Below are positions 59,938 through 64,000 of a stretch of DNA of 64,000 nucleotides, in pieces (position 1 is the first letter of the stretch; every line of letters starts with the position of its first letter). A program made the translations under genes and the position numbers. The stretch is taken from positions 32,001-96,000 of the IMG/VR virus record IMGVR_UViG_3300045988_122718. One strand, given 5' to 3'. The stretch comes from a virus. Below the pieces are notes generated by a model. The model saw only the letters and a program-made list of their open reading frames with translations. It had not been told where the DNA came from and searched no databases.

Positions 59938-59994
59938 TACTTTTCCTCCTTCATTAATTTTGTACTGTAAGTATAACACCACTTGCAATATTTG

Positions 59995-61944
59995 TCAAGA
60001 GGGATTTTTAATCATATTTAAGAAATCTTCTTCGTTGATGATAGGGATTCTTAAATCTATTGCCTTCTTGTTTTTGCCACTTGTACTATTCTTATCGTTG
60101 TTGATTAGGTAGTCTGTCTTCTTGCTTACACTAGACACATACTTGCCGCCATTATATTCAATAACTTTAACAAGCGTATCTCTATTGGCATAATGAATAA
60201 GGTTGCCAGTAATACAAAAACTTTTACCGTCAAGACTAGCACTAGAAATTGCACCATCATCAACAATAAAGTTTACTTCCATAGGCAACAATTCTACCAT
60301 TGAGTCTTTACTATGCCACCAATCGTGCAATGACTTATTAGTAATCTCGCCGAAATCATCAATCTGAGAAAAATCATAGTTATCATTAGCTAATGCCATT
60401 ATAAAATCATAGTGATTACCATTAAATTTTTTGCTAATAGCCTTTGCTGCAGATAGACCAATATTAGGAATACCTAATGCTGCAATAAAATTCTCTAGCT
60501 TTACATCTCTACTTTTTTCTATACTATTTAATAGATTTTCAACGGACTTTTTGCCCATTCCATCTAAGGTGCACAGTTTACCCACATGCTCCTTTAAATG
60601 ATAAATATCGCGGAAATTCTTTACTAAATTATTAGAAATTAGGAGCGATAATGTCTTCTCCGATAGCCCATCAATATTCATGCATTTACGACTTACAAAG
60701 TGAGTGAATCGAGCCAACTTCTTTGCGGGACAATCTGGATTAGTACACATTAGCACCTTACTATTATCTGTATACTTAACCTCTGTAGGATAGCCACAAC
60801 ATTGGCAGGTAGTAGGAATCTTTAACGTATTGCTGCGAGTTAGATTATCGTCAATTTTAGGAATAACCATGTTTGAACGATACACCGTAATATTATCTCC
60901 AATACCAAGCTCAAGTTGCTCAATAATGGAAAGGTTGTGAAGTGTAGCTCTTGTAGTCAAGGCTCCGTCTAGGTCAACCTCATCGAAAACGGCTACTGGA
61001 GCAATAATTCCGGTTCTTGTCGTATTCCACTCAACATCTCTTAGTACCGTTTCATAAGTTTCATCACCGAACTTAAATGCGTAAGCTGCATTGCTATGAT
61101 GTGATGTTGTCCCAAGGCTTTCGCCATACTTAATATCATCAAAACGTCCAACCAACCCATCAATTGGATATCCAAGCTTTTTAGCCTTATTGACCAAAAA
61201 CTCCTTTGCATCCCAATCAAAAGAACTAGTCCACGGAACAACAGTAAAACCTAACTCATCAATAAGTACTAACTTACGCAAGAAGCTATTTTCATTATCA
61301 AAACCTTTGATTGCATTCCAAGCCACAAAAGTTAGAGGTCTCTTTGCGCATTCATTTGAATCAAGTAATCTGATACTTCCAGAGGCAAAGTTTCTCGGAT
61401 TCTTATACTCTGTAGAGAATGGCTCAAAGTCATCATATGTGCAGATAATCTCACCATCAATAATGAGTTCATCCTTATATGGAATCTTATGTGGAACTGT
61501 TTTTACAGTTTTAATGTTGTGAAAAATATCTTCTCCAATTTCTCCATTACCACGAGTTTCTGCTGATATTAGTTCGCCGTCAATGTATCTTATACTGCAA
61601 GTAAGGCCATCCATCTTTAGCATTCCTATAACATCTTTACTACCAAAGTATCTAATAAATTCATTCCAATCTTTAGTCTTTGCCAAAGATAGCATGGGGT
61701 GGTTATGAGTGACCTTCTGTAGTTCAGACTTTACTTCATACCCAACTTTATGCGTAGGCGATGCCATCATAACAAATCCAGTCTCCTGCTCTAGAGAACG
61801 AAGTTCTTCTAGAAGTGCATCAAACTCATAATCCTCCATAATTGTATTACCAGTATTATAATAAGCATCCGCTGCCTTATTAAGCAATTCTGTTAATTCT
61901 TTAATTCTACCAATTTTCTCCAATACTTGATCCCTCCCATTCAA
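59995..61944 (-). CDS. ligA: NAD-dependent DNA ligase LigA
   Basis: Adenylation motif LKMDGLT (KxDG), an N-terminal AADAYYNTGNTIMEDYEFDALLEEL, a Cys4 zinc finger (CQCCGYP...CTNPDCPAK), an HhH region and a C-terminal BRCT (GKSFCITGNL). The start is uncertain: TTG at 61944 or TTG at about 61923, downstream of GGGAGGG. Confidence 0.85.
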   Translation of the reverse strand: MNGRDQVLEKIGRIKELTELLNKAADAYYNTGNTIMEDYEFDALLEELRSLEQETGFVMMASPTHKVGYEVKSELQKVTHNHPMLSLAKTKDWNEFIRYFGSKDVIGMLKMDGLTCSIRYIDGELISAETRGNGEIGEDIFHNIKTVKTVPHKIPYKDELIIDGEIICTYDDFEPFSTEYKNPRNFASGSIRLLDSNECAKRPLTFVAWNAIKGFDNENSFLRKLVLIDELGFTVVPWTSSFDWDAKEFLVNKAKKLGYPIDGLVGRFDDIKYGESLGTTSHHSNAAYAFKFGDETYETVLRDVEWNTTRTGIIAPVAVFDEVDLDGALTTRATLHNLSIIEQLELGIGDNITVYRSNMVIPKIDDNLTRSNTLKIPTTCQCCGYPTEVKYTDNSKVLMCTNPDCPAKKLARFTHFVSRKCMNIDGLSEKTLSLLISNNLVKNFRDIYHLKEHVGKLCTLDGMGKKSVENLLNSIEKSRDVKLENFIAALGIPNIGLSAAKAISKKFNGNHYDFIMALANDNYDFSQIDDFGEITNKSLHDWWHSKDSMVELLPMEVNFIVDDGAISSASLDGKSFCITGNLIHYANRDTLVKVIEYNGGKYVSSVSKKTDYLINNDKNSTSGKNKKAIDLRIPIINEEDFLNMIKNPS

Positions 61945-61978
61945 TTTTTGTCATATATCCACATCTTAAAGTATATTT

Positions 61979-62380
61979 TTAAATCCCCAATACTACAAAT
62001 GCAACCCAGGTGATAAGGATTTGTGCCAAATGATTTAATTGGTCTTGTACCAAGCTTATCTTCTTTAAGTTTGCTTTTGAATTATCAACAACCATATGAA
62101 TGCATAAATTAGTTAAAAAGACTAATGCAATTGCCAATGATGCATTATTTATATTTGTTGTGGTAATCAATGTATATACAGATGGAACAAGCATAATCAT
62201 AAATGCCCAGCTAAAACTATGCATAAATAATGCCATAATATAATCATGCTTATATAGTTTGTCTGGTGCATTTTGTTCCCAATAGCTTTTCTGTTTTGCT
62301 GACGCTAACCATCCTTGCAAATAATAATCATCAACAATATGTAGAAAAATCATCATCAATAATAGTAAAATTTTATACAT
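61979..62380 (-). CDS. integral membrane protein (DUF3307-like)
   Basis: Four hydrophobic segments, and an N-terminal HIVDDYYLQG resembling the DUF3307 signature. Confidence 0.55.
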   Translation of the reverse strand: MYKILLLLMMIFLHIVDDYYLQGWLASAKQKSYWEQNAPDKLYKHDYIMALFMHSFSWAFMIMLVPSVYTLITTTNINNASLAIALVFLTNLCIHMVVDNSKANLKKISLVQDQLNHLAQILITWVAFVVLGI

Positions 62381-62407
62381 ATATCCTCGCCTTTTGAAAT
62401 TCTATTT

Positions 62408-62629
62408 TTAATTATCAGAAACATAATGATCATTATGACTAAATCTTGCACACGATTCACATTTATATTTCTTATCTTCCAAATGAAGACATCCGAAGCA
62501 TCCTTTATGTTGTTCTTCCCATTCATTTACTGCTCTAGTAGCCAATTGAATAACTTTCATCTCATGAGCGTCAAAACAAAAATCTTGTTCATTAATAATA
62601 TCTGTAAATTCTTTTGCTAACTTACCCAT
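62408..62629 (-). CDS. hypothetical Cys-rich protein
   Basis: ORF with tight packing and CFGC...CESC motifs. Confidence 0.5.
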   Translation of the reverse strand: MGKLAKEFTDIINEQDFCFDAHEMKVIQLATRAVNEWEEQHKGCFGCLHLEDKKYKCESCARFSHNDHYVSDN

Positions 62630-62638
62630 ATGCTTACC

Positions 62639-62968
62639 TCAATTTATTTTCTCTCTCAATTCATTTACAGAATATACTAGCTCGTTGATTTTATCAATCA
62701 ATTTCCTACCAGTTAGAACTTGATATCCATTGATATAAGATTCTTCGTAAGTCAGTTTCTCAATCTTCTTAACTTCAGGCTTTGTAAAATCGTACTTGCC
62801 GATATGATTATAATTGCCCGTTTCAATGCCAATAATGCTATAATCTCCTACCTTGTAACCGTCTGATGGTGTGGTGCATCGCCACCACAATTCCTTATTA
62901 TCGCTTACATAGCCAGTCGCACCACCCTTTGTTTCAACATAGTCGCCTACATGAAATTCATATTTCAT
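62639..62968 (-). CDS. hypothetical protein
   Basis: ORF preceded by AAGGAGGAAAT, with no family recognised. Confidence 0.55.
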   Translation of the reverse strand: MKYEFHVGDYVETKGGATGYVSDNKELWWRCTTPSDGYKVGDYSIIGIETGNYNHIGKYDFTKPEVKKIEKLTYEESYINGYQVLTGRKLIDKINELVYSVNELREKIN

Positions 62969-62980
62969 TTAATTTCCTCC

Positions 62981-63196
62981 TTAAATTCCAATCATCTCAT
63001 CAATGCCCACGACTGGTTTTCTCATATAATCCTTAAAGCTCATAAAAAACTGGCACTTATCCGTTCCATTACATACTCCTTCTGGTCTTGCAAATGTGCA
63101 TACATAACCATCAGGATTCCACCATGTGGCATCTTCATGTACTAACCAGGGACAATCGTCTCTATCTTTTGGCATATCGTCAACTAATATTTTCAT
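62981..63196 (-). CDS. hypothetical protein
   Basis: ORF with tight packing. Confidence 0.5.
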   Translation of the reverse strand: MKILVDDMPKDRDDCPWLVHEDATWWNPDGYVCTFARPEGVCNGTDKCQFFMSFKDYMRKPVVGIDEMIGI

Positions 63197-63198
63197 AT

Positions 63199-63417
63199 TT
63201 AATCCTCACATTGATATTTTGGTGATAGGTTACACATATCTCTTATACCATTGCATTTACATTCGCTCTTATTTTTCTCATCGAAATGTTCTCTCATAAG
63301 CTTAACCCAGTTTTCCAAATCTTTTCTAGTCATCCAATCAACATCAAAATCCTGTGGTAACACAATTAGATTTGGATATTTTTTTCTGAAGGTGCTTTGC
63401 GAAATTGTATACTTCAT
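63199..63417 (-). CDS. hypothetical protein (start uncertain; overlaps the upstream ORF by 74 nt)
   Basis: No RBS lies at 63417. An alternative ATG at 63333 would remove the overlap. See the A7-run finding. Confidence 0.35.
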   Translation of the reverse strand: MKYTISQSTFRKKYPNLIVLPQDFDVDWMTRKDLENWVKLMREHFDEKNKSECKCNGIRDMCNLSPKYQCED

Positions 63418-63652
63418 CTAAATTATATTCAGTTGTAAATCTAAATACTGGAGTCTTATCCATTAAGAAATCAACCTTATTCTCAAGGTCTCTTCCGCAC
63501 CAAGGGCAGTAACTAATGTATTCCTTTTGATACACCCAGTCGTCACTGTAGCTATCCCATTCTGACGTTGGAATATCAAGAAAATATTCATGCGTCAAAG
63601 GTTCAAAGAAAATTTCGCACTCATTGGATGTTGAATCACAATATTTACACAT
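63344..63652 (-). CDS. zinc-ribbon protein (paralogue of the CDS at 63654-63854)
   Basis: MCKYCD...(about 50 aa)...YCPWCGRDLE mirrors MCDFCD...YCPMCGRELK in the neighbouring gene. Confidence 0.55.
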   Translation of the reverse strand: MCKYCDSTSNECEIFFEPLTHEYFLDIPTSEWDSYSDDWVYQKEYISYCPWCGRDLENKVDFLMDKTPVFRFTTEYNLDEVYNFAKHLQKKISKSNCVTTGF

Positions 63653-63653
63653 A

Positions 63654-63854
63654 TTAGTCCTCCTTAAGTTCTCTACCGCACATTGGACAATAGTTAATTC
63701 TCATTGACCTAGTGTAATAATAGTCGTCACAAGATAAATACAAATATGTACTATTGCCATTTCGATAAATTATATCGCTCTCATCCCAATTGTAATACTT
63801 ATTGTCTTTATAAGTTTCAAGGCTATCCCAAATCTTATCACAAAAATCGCACAT
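63654..63854 (-). CDS. zinc-ribbon protein
   Basis: ATG at 63854 (MCDFCDKIW) overlaps the upstream stop (TAATATG). It carries a CxxC...CPxCG pattern. Confidence 0.55.
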   Translation of the reverse strand: MCDFCDKIWDSLETYKDNKYYNWDESDIIYRNGNSTYLYLSCDDYYYTRSMRINYCPMCGRELKED

Positions 63855-63855
63855 A

Positions 63856-64000
63856 TTAATTCTCCATATTTGCAACTAGGAAATCATACACGTCTCCCCA
63901 ATTATTAATTACAACAGAATAACCGCCGATCTCAATATCACCAAGCTTAAACTTATGTAGCCAATCACACTCCCAAATAAAGTAACCTAGCCAGTCATTC
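63856..64000 (-). CDS. hypothetical protein, 5' end truncated by the window edge
   Basis: The minus-strand frame is open from the window edge (...NDWLGYFIWECDWLHKFKLGDIEIGGYSVVINNWGDVYDFLVANMEN*). Its stop is at 63856-63858, just upstream of the next gene start at 63854. Confidence 0.45.
   Translation of the reverse strand, partial: NDWLGYFIWECDWLHKFKLGDIEIGGYSVVINNWGDVYDFLVANMEN

Overview
This window is a contiguous piece of a large tailed-phage genome. It looks siphovirus-like and probably temperate, and the endolysin with Cpl-7-type wall-binding repeats and strong GGAGG ribosome-binding sites point to a low-GC Gram-positive host.

Plus strand, 1 to about 48.9 kb (late genes):
- An unusually rich set of tail-fibre and tailspike genes (1-19.1 kb). 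It includes a 2317-aa protein with CotH-like, LRR and Listeria-Bacteroides-repeat regions, and a pectate-lyase-fold tailspike.
- A lysis cassette (endolysin plus two holin-like genes), a RuvC-like resolvase and two small pre-tape-measure genes.
- A giant tape measure gene (22507-40490), apparently interrupted by a ~1.2 kb group-I-like intron that carries a PD-(D/E)XK/Vsr-like endonuclease ORF.
- Dit, a 1630-aa Tal with tandem repeat modules, a fibre with a peptidase-S74 chaperone domain, and a membrane protein.

Minus strand, about 48.9-64 kb:
- A small ribbon-helix-helix gene missing from the ORF track, a tyrosine integrase, an attP-like repeat region and an Xis-like HTH gene.
- A nucleotide-metabolism and replication block: dUTPase, class II RNR NrdJ containing a LAGLIDADG intein, ThyX, a 5'-deoxynucleotidase, a C5 DNA methyltransferase split into two ORFs by an HNH endonuclease gene, a guanylate-kinase-like protein and NAD-dependent ligase.
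- Small Cys-rich ORFs at the far end.

Most notable points:
- Three different selfish-element insertions sit in essential genes (intron, intein, free-standing HNH).
- The predicted spliced tape measure protein is about 5587 aa.
- The receptor-binding arsenal is modular, with shared N-terminal adaptor segments.
- One fibre gene is interrupted by an in-frame TGA and a G5 frameshift.

All family assignments come from motif recognition by eye and need HMM or BLAST confirmation. Several starts are revised from the ORF track on RBS spacing, and TTG/GTG starts are common.
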